A stretch of DNA of 42,993 bases. It comes from Limisphaerales bacterium. Lineage in GTDB: Bacteria > Verrucomicrobiota > Verrucomicrobiia > Limisphaerales > SIBE01. The notes under the pieces were generated by a model. That model did not search any database, had not been told where the DNA came from, and saw nothing but the letters and a program-made list of their open reading frames with translations. Position 1 is the stretch's first letter. The number at the start of each line of letters is the position of its first letter. A program made the translations under genes and the position numbers. The DNA is taken from assembly GCA_044225505.1 (NCBI GenBank), contig JBGAIN010000058.1:1-42993 (forward strand). The letters run 5' to 3'. Shown here piece after piece: positions 34,956 to 42,993 of the stretch.

Positions 34956-37342
34956 ATGCAGCCACGTTCCATCTCTCGCTTTGGCCATCGCCGCCACTTC
35001 CTCGTCTTGTGCTGTTTGTGGGCGGCACTTTCAGGGCTCCCAACGGCGCACGGGCAAGATTTGGCTCCTTTAAATGGAACGGCCCCGCTGCTGTTGCAAG
35101 GAGACTTCTCTGCCTTAATGGTTCAAGGCATTGACAAGTTCTTAGTGCGAGAAACGGACCAATCTGTCGCTGCCCGTGCTGCCCGGTGGAATCGCAAGTT
35201 CACATCACCGGCGGACTACGAACTCTCCATTGCCCCCAACCGGGAACGGTTTCGGGCAATAATCGGCGCGGTGGACCCCAGGGTCTCACCCGTGACCATG
35301 GAGTACCTGTCCACAACTGACACTCCCGCGAAGGTCGCGGAAACGTCCGCGTTCACCGCCTACGCGGTTCGCTGGCCTGCTCTGGAAAACGTCTATGGCG
35401 AGGGTTTGTGGCTCGTGCCCAAGGGAACGGTCCGAGCTAGCGTGATCGCGATCCCTGACGCTGACCAGACGCCTGAAATGCTGGTGGGGCTGGCCCCTGG
35501 GATTCGGCCGGAATCACAGTTTGCGCGGCATTTGGCGGAGAATGGCTGCCAAGTGATCGTCCCAATGCTATTGAGTCGCGAGGATACCTGGTCAGGAAAT
35601 GAAGCGCTGGGACGGTTGACCAACCAACCCCATCGGGAGTGGATTTATCGCCAGGCTTACGAACTAGGCCGGCACATTATCGGTTATGAAGTGCAGAAAG
35701 TGCTGGCCGCGGTGGACTGGTGCGCAACCGAGAATGCGCGCAATACGAAAGGCTCAACTGTTCCCATCGGCGTGGTGGGCTACGGCGAGGGCGGATTGCT
35801 AGCGTTTTATAGTGCAGCGCTCGATCCTCGAATTGGCTCAGCACTGGTGAGTGGCTATTTTGGAAGCCGGGAACGAGTATGGGAAGAACCGATCTACCGA
35901 AACGTTTTTGGGCTCCTGACGGAGTTCGGCGATGCTGAGATTGCGGGCATGATCGCTCCCCGAGGGTTGATCGTGGAGTATAGCGAGGGGCCACGTGTTG
36001 CGGGGCCACCTCCTGCTCGACCTGGACGCGGCGGCGCCGCTCCAGGCAAACTGTCTACCAGTGACCGCATCGTGGTCGAGACCGAGATAAACCGGGCTCG
36101 CGAGTTTTTCCCGGCAGCTTTCGGCTTCGAACCAGATCTCGTCTATGCGAACGAGGGACAAACCATTCCCGCCGGTTCGACCGGCGCTCTCCTTCCTTCT
36201 TGCAGTCGCTGAAAGCAGGCAACACGGTGGCGCCGCAGGCGACGAACGTGGTCACGGACGCCCGCAAAGGATTTAGTGCATCGGAACGCCAAAAACGACA
36301 GCTCGACGAGTTGGTGCGCTATACCCAGCGCCTCTTGCTGCTTTGCGAAAGGGCTCGGGAAACATCGTTCTGGGGAACGGTTCGATCGGCCAAAACGAAT
36401 GATTGGGCCGATGTCGCTGGAATGCACAAAAGCAATCTTTGGGAAAATGTTCTCGGTCGGTTTCCTCCAGCGAGCTCGCCCATTCACGCTCGTTCGCGAA
36501 GAATTTTAGAGAAAGAAAAATGGACCGGATACGACGTTATGCTGGATGTCTGGCCAGACGTGTTCGCCTGGGGAGTGCTGCTGTTGCCGAAAGATCTGAA
36601 ACCTGGTGAACGACGGCCAGTGGTGGTCTGCCAACATGGACTCGAGGGAGTTCCCATGGACACCATTGACGATGACCCGAAGAACCGTGCCTATGGCTTT
36701 TATAAGGCGTATGCGGCTCGGCTTGCGGAGCGCGGTTACGTTGTCTTCGCGCCGCACAACCCGTATCGAGGTGAAGACCGATTCCGAGTCCTCCAACGGA
36801 AGGCAAATCCACTTGGGAAATCGTTGTATTCAGTCATCCTTGCTCAACACGAACGGATTTTAGATTGGCTCACCGCGCAGCCCTATGTCGACCCGTCGCG
36901 GATTGCCTTTTACGGGCTCTCCTACGGGGGAAAGACAGCCATGCGGGTGCCCCCGCTGTTGGACCGTTATTGCCTCGCGATCTGCTCAGCCGATTTCAAC
37001 GACTGGGTGAAAAAGATCTCCACCACCGAAACGGCGTTTAGCTATGTCTTCTCGGGCGAGTATGAAATGCCCGAGTTCAATCTGGGCTATACTTATAATT
37101 ACGCCGAAATGGCTGCGCTTATGGCGCCGCGTCCATTTATGGTCGAACGTGGACACCATGATGGAGTTGCTTCGGACGAGTGGGTGGCCTACGAGTTCGC
37201 CAAGGTTCGACGGTGGTATGCCCATCTGCAAATTCCTGATCGCACGACGATCGAGTTTTTCGATGGGCCTCATACGATCAATGGCAAGGGAACATTCGAT
37301 TTCCTGCAAACCCATTTGCGGTGGAACGTAGCCGCGCCGTAA
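34956..37342 (+). pseudogene. Two-domain secreted alpha/beta hydrolase (acetyl xylan esterase/dienelactone hydrolase-like) split by a frameshift near 36194; pseudogene or sequencing indel
   Basis: ORFs 34956-36212 and 36200-37342 overlap in different frames. Adding one base gives ...GALL(S)FLQSLKAG... and one 795-aa protein. Motifs VGYGEGG (first domain) and YGLSYGG (second domain). Confidence 0.75.
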
Positions 37343-37446
37343 TCATGATTGGTGGAATCCATCGGGCTGAGTTAAGGGTGCCGCCTGATTGTTGCGTCGT
37401 TGCCACGGTGGTAGCTTCAAATTGGAAACGACGGGACATACATATT

Positions 37447-37481
37447 AAAGGCGACCAGTCGGGGTAACTGGTCGCCTTTTT
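37447..37481 (+). terminator. Intrinsic terminator-like hairpin, possibly bidirectional
   Basis: AAAGGCGACCAGT-cggggta-ACTGGTCGCCTTT perfect 13-bp stem running into TTTTT. Confidence 0.8.
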
Positions 37482-37489
37482 GCTTGCAC

Positions 37490-37918
37490 ATGAAAATCGG
37501 CATTGGTTCGGACCACGCTGGCTTCGAGTACAAGGCGAAGTTCATAGAAATGTTGCGTCTCCTTGGCCATGAAATCACAGACTTCGGAACCTTCTCGGCC
37601 GAACCAGTAGATTATCCACTTTATATCCGTCCAGTCGCCGAAGCAGTGGCCCGAGGAAAGTTTGATCGTGGGATCGTTCTGGGCGGTTCGGGCAACGGCG
37701 AAGCCATGGCCGCCAATCGGATCAAAGGTGTCCGCTGCGCCCTGTGCTGGAGCATCGAGTCGGTGCGTTTGGCCCGCCGACATAATGACGCTAATCTCCT
37801 CGCGATCGGCGAACGGTTGATCCCGATCGACGTGGCCTTGGAAATTGTTAAAGTGTTCCTGCAAACGGATTTTGAAGGGGGCCGCCATGCTCGCCGCAAC
37901 GCGATGCTGGACGTCTGA
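37490..37918 (+). CDS. rpiB: Ribose 5-phosphate isomerase B
   Basis: IGSDHAG, VDYP, GIVLGGSGNGE, ARRHNDAN, FEGGRHARR. Confidence 0.93.
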   Translation: MKIGIGSDHAGFEYKAKFIEMLRLLGHEITDFGTFSAEPVDYPLYIRPVAEAVARGKFDRGIVLGGSGNGEAMAANRIKGVRCALCWSIESVRLARRHNDANLLAIGERLIPIDVALEIVKVFLQTDFEGGRHARRNAMLDV

Positions 37919-38009
37919 GATCTTTTCCGATACTCGTTCCCCGATCGAGCACATACTCATTGCGAGTACTTTGTAGCGCGCCGGGGTTTTAATGGAACGA
38001 TCTATTCGA

Positions 38010-38666
38010 ATGAAACGGAATTTTAGTCATCAACTCGCCGGGTTGGCAGCTCTGCCTCTCCTCTTGAACTTCCTTGTTACCGGTTGTGGTCCGGATGCGG
38101 CTCAGGAGCAGCACATTGCGGCACAACGTCAAGAAGTTGAACGCCTGCGGGCCGAGAACCAGGACCTCCCGCAGGTTCGCACTGAGAATGCTGAAGTGCA
38201 GCAGCTGAAACGTGAGAACCAGGAATTGCCCAAAGTACGCAGTCAATACCAGGAGGCTGCTCGCCTCAGAAAGGAAAACGAGCAGCTTCGCCAGCAAGTG
38301 ACAAAACTCTCTCCGGCAGGTTCGGCGGCCACCAACGCCGCCGCTTTGGCCGGTGCCGCTGGACACACCGGACATTCAGACAAAGAGGGCGAGGGGACGG
38401 GAGCTAATTCGGACGTAGCCCAGGCGGAAGGGGCTATCAATGACGGCGATGACATTATGGTCGACCCCAAAGCGCTTAAACAGCTCTTGCCTGATTTTGA
38501 CTGGGAGAAATTTAACCGAAAAGAACCCGTGGCGATTCGTTCGATCTTGGAAAAGGACGGTCTCCAAATCACAAATGTGGCCCAGCTGAAGGAATTTGGA
38601 ATTACCAACTTCACAATACAAAAGGCTGTTCCGCCAGCCGCAAATCCAGGACAAGCGCCCCGGTGA
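38010..38666 (+). CDS. Lipoprotein with coiled-coil 20-aa repeats
   Basis: Lipobox LVTG-C; EVERLRAENQDLPQVRTENA / EVQQLKRENQELPKVRSQYQ / EAARLRKENEQL. Confidence 0.8.
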   Translation: MKRNFSHQLAGLAALPLLLNFLVTGCGPDAAQEQHIAAQRQEVERLRAENQDLPQVRTENAEVQQLKRENQELPKVRSQYQEAARLRKENEQLRQQVTKLSPAGSAATNAAALAGAAGHTGHSDKEGEGTGANSDVAQAEGAINDGDDIMVDPKALKQLLPDFDWEKFNRKEPVAIRSILEKDGLQITNVAQLKEFGITNFTIQKAVPPAANPGQAPR

Positions 38667-38756
38667 AGCCTGAAGTTCCGAAGACGATGGGGCGGGACCG
38701 AAGCCGGAGTTGCGCACGTTTTTTCATCAAGGGCATTGAATTCGAACGAGCGTCAG

Positions 38757-41700
38757 TCATTTTTTCGAGGAACTCGACACCGGATGCTGTTCGGCTAGCG
38801 CGATCTCCTCTCTCGAGGGGGTACGCCACACGTAGGCCGCACGTTGGAAATTAATCGCCACCAAAAATCGGCCGTCCGGTGAAAACTTGGCGTAATGGAA
38901 GGTTGACCCAGGGGCGGCGAGTGTGGCCACTTCGTGCCGTGTCGGAACATCCCAAAGCTTGATCGCTTCACTGCCATGACTGATCGTGGCCAGCCGCTGG
39001 CCGTCCGGGGAGAATGTAACGGCGTGGACTCCTAAAAGGTGGCCGCGCAGCACGTCCAATAGTTGACGTTCCTTCGAGTTCCAGAGATAGACAGTCCCGT
39101 CCATGGAAGACGTGGCAAGCAATGCGCCATCGGGAGAAAAGGCCAGACCGGAGACGCCCCACGTTTGCGCCGCAAGCGTCGCTTGCGCATCCCCGTTGAG
39201 AACGTCGCGGAACTCTATGCTACCGCTGGTTCCGACAACGACCGAGTGTTGATCAGGAGAAATCGCGAACTGCGGGTAGCCAAAACCAAACGTTGGCGTC
39301 TCATGGATGCTCCACTCAGCCAGTTGCTTCCAAGACGCTGTATCAAAAACGGCGATGGCTGGGCCTGGAGTTGCGACGACCAAGGCTCTTCCTCCATCGA
39401 CGAATCCCAACGGCCCAGTCTGTTTGCCGAATAGGCCTGGGCCGCCCGGACCTCCGGGCCCACCTGGTCCTCCTCGTCGAGTTGGCCTGGTAAAGAGGGA
39501 TATGTTGGTGACCGCGAGGCGCGTAGCCCAATCAACCACCCTGAGTTTACCGTCGGTCGTGCCAGCGTAGACTCTTGAGCCGTCCGGCGAAACTAAGAGC
39601 CTGGACACCTCTTCCCCTAACGAGGTGACTCGTTCAGAGGATTGCAGAGCTTCCAAATTCCAAAGCCCCACGGTTCCGTCGACATTTACGCTGAGCAGTT
39701 CTTTGTTGCCAACAAACTCCACCGCCGCGATCTTCGCCAACACCTCAAACGGCGCTCTGCGAGAGAGTCGGTCTGGGTCCCAACCATAAATGCTACCGTC
39801 CTTGCATCCGCTGATAATGGTCCGTCCGTCCGGCGTTGCGGTCACGGTTGTAACTTCGGATAAATGACCTTGCAAAGACGCCAACTCGCGCCGTCCGGTA
39901 ACGTCCCAAATCCGGACCATCTGATCACTCCCCGCCGAGACGAGATGCCGGCTGTCAGCCGTGAATACCAGGCTTGGCACCCAGGACAAATGTCCCACCA
40001 ACTCACCCGCGGGTTTCCCAGTGGCGGTCCAGTACAAATCGATGTTGGTATTACTCCCGGACATGAACGGGCCTATCGCGAGGAGCTCTCCGTCAGGAGA
40101 AAGCGCCATCGAAGCAACTTCCGTATCCAAAATCTCCACTTTGCTTCGGGCATCTCCGGTGGACGAATCGATGATCTGGAGACCAGCTCGATCTCGGACG
40201 GCCAGCCATTTGCCATCTGGCGAGAACACAGCCAGGTTCCGGAAGCCGCCTGGCTGAATCCCAGGGTGACACTGCCCGATCTGCTCTCCGGTGCGGATAT
40301 TCCATCGGCGGATCTCTCCGTCGTGTGTCAAAGTTAATAGCTCTTCCTCGTTCCTGAATGCGAGGGCTGATAAGCCCGAGTCGAGTTGCATGACCGCTCC
40401 AGGCTGCCGCGTCGCCACCGTCCAGACACGCAATGTGCTGGGCCTTGGGCCTTGACTGATCCCGAGCGCGACCAGCGCTCCGCTAGGCGAGAAGCTCAGC
40501 ACTGGCAATCCGCCGCCCTGTTGTTGAAGGACGGTTACAATAGATTTCGTCGCTAGGTCCCACAACTTGACCGTCCCGCCTCGGTCAGCACTAATCAGCA
40601 ACCGACCATTGGAACTTACCGCGACCGTACTGATGGCAATGGTTTGCTGAGGCAATGTGAACGCGGATTCGCTGCGAGATTGGCTCCAAAAGTAACGCCA
40701 CTCCCATTGGCGGAAATCCTGTTCGACAGTCTGCTCGGATGGTGTCGTCGTGGTATTGGTCCGAGGGCGGTGGCGATCGAGCAGGTCAATCACGCGACCA
40801 TAATTGTTCGCCGAAATCGCTTTTTGGAGAAGGTTCATGTCGGAGTCGTAGGCCATCCGCAAAGCGGCGGTGCGTTCACGCTCGGCGCGGCGGCGCTGCT
40901 CCGCTTCGTCTTTCCAGGCTCGTTCGGCCGCTTCGTTGGAACGACGTTGGTCGCGCTCCGCCATTCTGGCGCGGACGGCTAACCAGCTGCTGACGATCAC
41001 CGCCGAGACCAGGATCAAAGCAACGGCTGTGCTGGCCGCAACCACGACACGGTTCCGGTCTACGAACTTCCGAAGTCGGTAGGTAGCGCTGGGCGGACGT
41101 GCTACCACCGGTTCACTATTGAGATAGTGCTGCACATCCAAGGCGAGATCGTTGGCTGTCGGATAACGACGCGTCCGGTCTTTTTCCAAGCATTTCATTA
41201 CGATCCAGTCGAGGTCGCCTCGAACCGCCTGGACGAGGGCGGGCATTCGAGCCTGGCGTGTCCGAGCGAGTTCGGTTCCTTCCGCGACTCCCATGGTGCT
41301 GATCCGGGTGGATGGCCGAACGGGTTCCTCGTGACGGATGATGCGTCGCATTTCGTCAAGTCCCGACTCGACGAGTTGCTGCGGGTCGAATGGGGTTTGA
41401 CCAGTTAAAAGTTCGTAGAGCAGCACCCCGAGACTGTATATGTCCGATCGTGTATCGATGTCTAATCCACTCATCTCAGCCTGTTCAGGGCTGGTGTAAG
41501 CCGGCGTGCCAATGAACGCTTGGAACTGGGTGAACACCGTCTTGTCGGTTAATCGTTGTTCAATCGCTTTGGCAATGCCAAAATCGATCACCTTTGGGAC
41601 GGGCACTCCATCGTGCAGAGTGACTAGGACGTTGGACGGCTTGATGTCTCGATGGATGATCCCTTTTTGGTGAGCGTGCTGAATGGCGTGGCAGATCTTG

Positions 41701-42308
41701 ACGAATAAATCGAGACGCTCGGGAGTCGAGAGGCTGTTCTGATCGCAGTAATCGGTGACGCGAATCCCTCGAACGAGTTCCATGACGAAGTAAGGACGGC
41801 CTGTCTCGGTGGCTCCCGCATCGAAGACTCGCGCGATATTCGGGTGGTCCATCATAGCCAAAGCCTGTCGCTCTGCCTCGAACCGGGCGATCACAGACTT
41901 GCTGTCCATTCCCGGCTTAATCACCTTCAACGCGACTCTGCGCCGGACAGGCTCTTCCTGTTCCGCCATAAAAACCGTTCCGCAGGCACCTTCGCCAATC
42001 TCCTGAAGCAATTTGTAGCGTCCAATCCTCCCCCCCGCGTGTTCCGAGGAACCGGTTAGGGCTTGCGTGCCGACGGGGCCCGAACGCGCTAGAGCGGAAT
42101 TCACTTCACTCAACGCGGGGGTTTCGAGAAAGGCATCCGCTCGGTGGTTTTTGAGAAGGGCGTCGATGTTGCCCCGAAGCGTGGCATCGTTGCCACACGC
42201 CTGCTCCAAAAAGGCGGCGCGCTCTTGCAAATCAGAATAATCCAGGGCTTGAAGAAAAATCTCTCGTTCCCGATCGCCGTCCTCAGGAAGCTGCGATGAC
42301 TCGGCCAT
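38757..42308 (-). CDS. Hanks-type Ser/Thr protein kinase with WD40 repeats
   Basis: [37 protein letters not shown]; a hydrophobic segment followed by many GH...WD / FSPDG repeats. Confidence 0.95.
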   Translation of the reverse strand: MAESSQLPEDGDREREIFLQALDYSDLQERAAFLEQACGNDATLRGNIDALLKNHRADAFLETPALSEVNSALARSGPVGTQALTGSSEHAGGRIGRYKLLQEIGEGACGTVFMAEQEEPVRRRVALKVIKPGMDSKSVIARFEAERQALAMMDHPNIARVFDAGATETGRPYFVMELVRGIRVTDYCDQNSLSTPERLDLFVKICHAIQHAHQKGIIHRDIKPSNVLVTLHDGVPVPKVIDFGIAKAIEQRLTDKTVFTQFQAFIGTPAYTSPEQAEMSGLDIDTRSDIYSLGVLLYELLTGQTPFDPQQLVESGLDEMRRIIRHEEPVRPSTRISTMGVAEGTELARTRQARMPALVQAVRGDLDWIVMKCLEKDRTRRYPTANDLALDVQHYLNSEPVVARPPSATYRLRKFVDRNRVVVAASTAVALILVSAVIVSSWLAVRARMAERDQRRSNEAAERAWKDEAEQRRRAERERTAALRMAYDSDMNLLQKAISANNYGRVIDLLDRHRPRTNTTTTPSEQTVEQDFRQWEWRYFWSQSRSESAFTLPQQTIAISTVAVSSNGRLLISADRGGTVKLWDLATKSIVTVLQQQGGGLPVLSFSPSGALVALGISQGPRPSTLRVWTVATRQPGAVMQLDSGLSALAFRNEEELLTLTHDGEIRRWNIRTGEQIGQCHPGIQPGGFRNLAVFSPDGKWLAVRDRAGLQIIDSSTGDARSKVEILDTEVASMALSPDGELLAIGPFMSGSNTNIDLYWTATGKPAGELVGHLSWVPSLVFTADSRHLVSAGSDQMVRIWDVTGRRELASLQGHLSEVTTVTATPDGRTIISGCKDGSIYGWDPDRLSRRAPFEVLAKIAAVEFVGNKELLSVNVDGTVGLWNLEALQSSERVTSLGEEVSRLLVSPDGSRVYAGTTDGKLRVVDWATRLAVTNISLFTRPTRRGGPGGPGGPGGPGLFGKQTGPLGFVDGGRALVVATPGPAIAVFDTASWKQLAEWSIHETPTFGFGYPQFAISPDQHSVVVGTSGSIEFRDVLNGDAQATLAAQTWGVSGLAFSPDGALLATSSMDGTVYLWNSKERQLLDVLRGHLLGVHAVTFSPDGQRLATISHGSEAIKLWDVPTRHEVATLAAPGSTFHYAKFSPDGRFLVAINFQRAAYVWRTPSREEIALAEQHPVSSSSKK

Positions 42309-42478
42309 ATCAACTATTCAGAGCGCCAACGGGCGCGCAGCTCCGCCAAGTTTCGTAGCGCACCTGCGGCGTGCCGTTCCGAACCAGGGTATGCTTAGTC
42401 CTGGAGCTCGGAAAGCAAGAATACGAAAAGCTTGCAGTCCGATCGTTACCTCGGTTCGGCCGCTGCTCGTCTGGGGTG

Positions 42479-42993
42479 CTAGGCAGTCAAGTTCGTTCTC
42501 GCTGACGCTGGTTCGTGGTTAAAGACCAATTCACCGTTCTTGACGTCCGCCACCACTCTCTGCCCATCGTGGATTTTACCGGCGAGAAGGCTACGCGACA
42601 GCGCTGTTTCCACGTGCCTTTGGAGAAACCGCTTCAGTGGGCGGGCGCCGTAAACCGGGTCAAACCCTTTGCGAGCGGCGAACTCTTTGGCCGCGTTGGT
42701 AAGCGCCAGTTCGATGTGACGGTCTGCCAGGCGCTGGCGCAAGACGTTGAGTTGCAAGTCCACGATCTGTGTGATCTCGGCGAACGTCAGCGGCTTAAAT
42801 AGCACAATCTCATCAACACGATTGAGAAACTCCGGGCGAAAATGTCCCCGCATTTCGGCCAAAACGCGTTGGCGAACGTCATCGTGAATCTCCCCGGAAT
42901 CAGTGGCCTGTTCGATCAACAATGGGCTTCCAATGTTCGACGTCATAATGATGATCGTATTCTTAAAGTCCACCGTCCGACCTTGGCTGTCGG
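42479..42993 (-). CDS. clpB: Clp/Hsp100 ATPase, ClpB-like, C-terminal part (5' end outside the window)
   Basis: DSQGRTVDFKNTIIIMTSNIGS, FRPEFLNRVDEIVLF, GFDPVYGARPLKR. Confidence 0.88.
   Translation of the reverse strand, partial: DSQGRTVDFKNTIIIMTSNIGSPLLIEQATDSGEIHDDVRQRVLAEMRGHFRPEFLNRVDEIVLFKPLTFAEITQIVDLQLNVLRQRLADRHIELALTNAAKEFAARKGFDPVYGARPLKRFLQRHVETALSRSLLAGKIHDGQRVVADVKNGELVFNHEPASARTNLTA

Noticed and set aside
36186..36203. Programmed -1 ribosomal frameshift
   Set aside because: No X XXY YYZ slippery heptamer or obvious stimulatory structure; an indel is simpler.
39435..39475. GGP repeat as a DNA-level repeat element
   Set aside because: Codons vary, so it is protein low-complexity within the kinase ORF.

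Overview
Bacterial chromosomal window, GC-rich and gene-dense. The content (PEP-CTERM protein, TIGR04073-type lipoprotein, Ser/Thr kinase-WD40, DUF3500, Gld-like ABC, few evident Shine-Dalgarno sites) suggests a PVC-superphylum genome, most likely Verrucomicrobiota (inference). Core blocks: a lipid synthesis/export cluster (lipoprotein, MMPL-acyltransferase fusion, LolA-like, FabZ-like), a GldA/F/G-like ABC plus DUF4340, DUF3500, an RlmD-like methyltransferase, LysR plus a hybrid kinase, a three-gene secreted/PEP-CTERM operon, tRNA-Gln, ispE, tatAC, tol-pal, a GH172/DUF2961 hydrolase, a sigma-70-like factor, a frameshifted double alpha/beta hydrolase, rpiB, the kinase-WD40 gene and the 3' part of clpB. 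Main oddities: (1) at the left edge, an AbrB + catalytically degenerate Doc pair, then a palindromic ~11-bp phased repeat array and a sigma-54-type promoter before a gene missing from the ORF track; (2) a His-less CckA-like hybrid kinase; (3) a tRNA-Gln(UUG) with G at the near-invariant U33; (4) two sigma-54-type promoters in tandem, in front of a sigma factor and a 62-aa ORF; (5) the MMPL-acyltransferase fusion; (6) a zinc-ribbon gene between tolQ and tolR. All family calls come from motif recognition, not database searches. No CRISPR array, integrase or transposase was seen.
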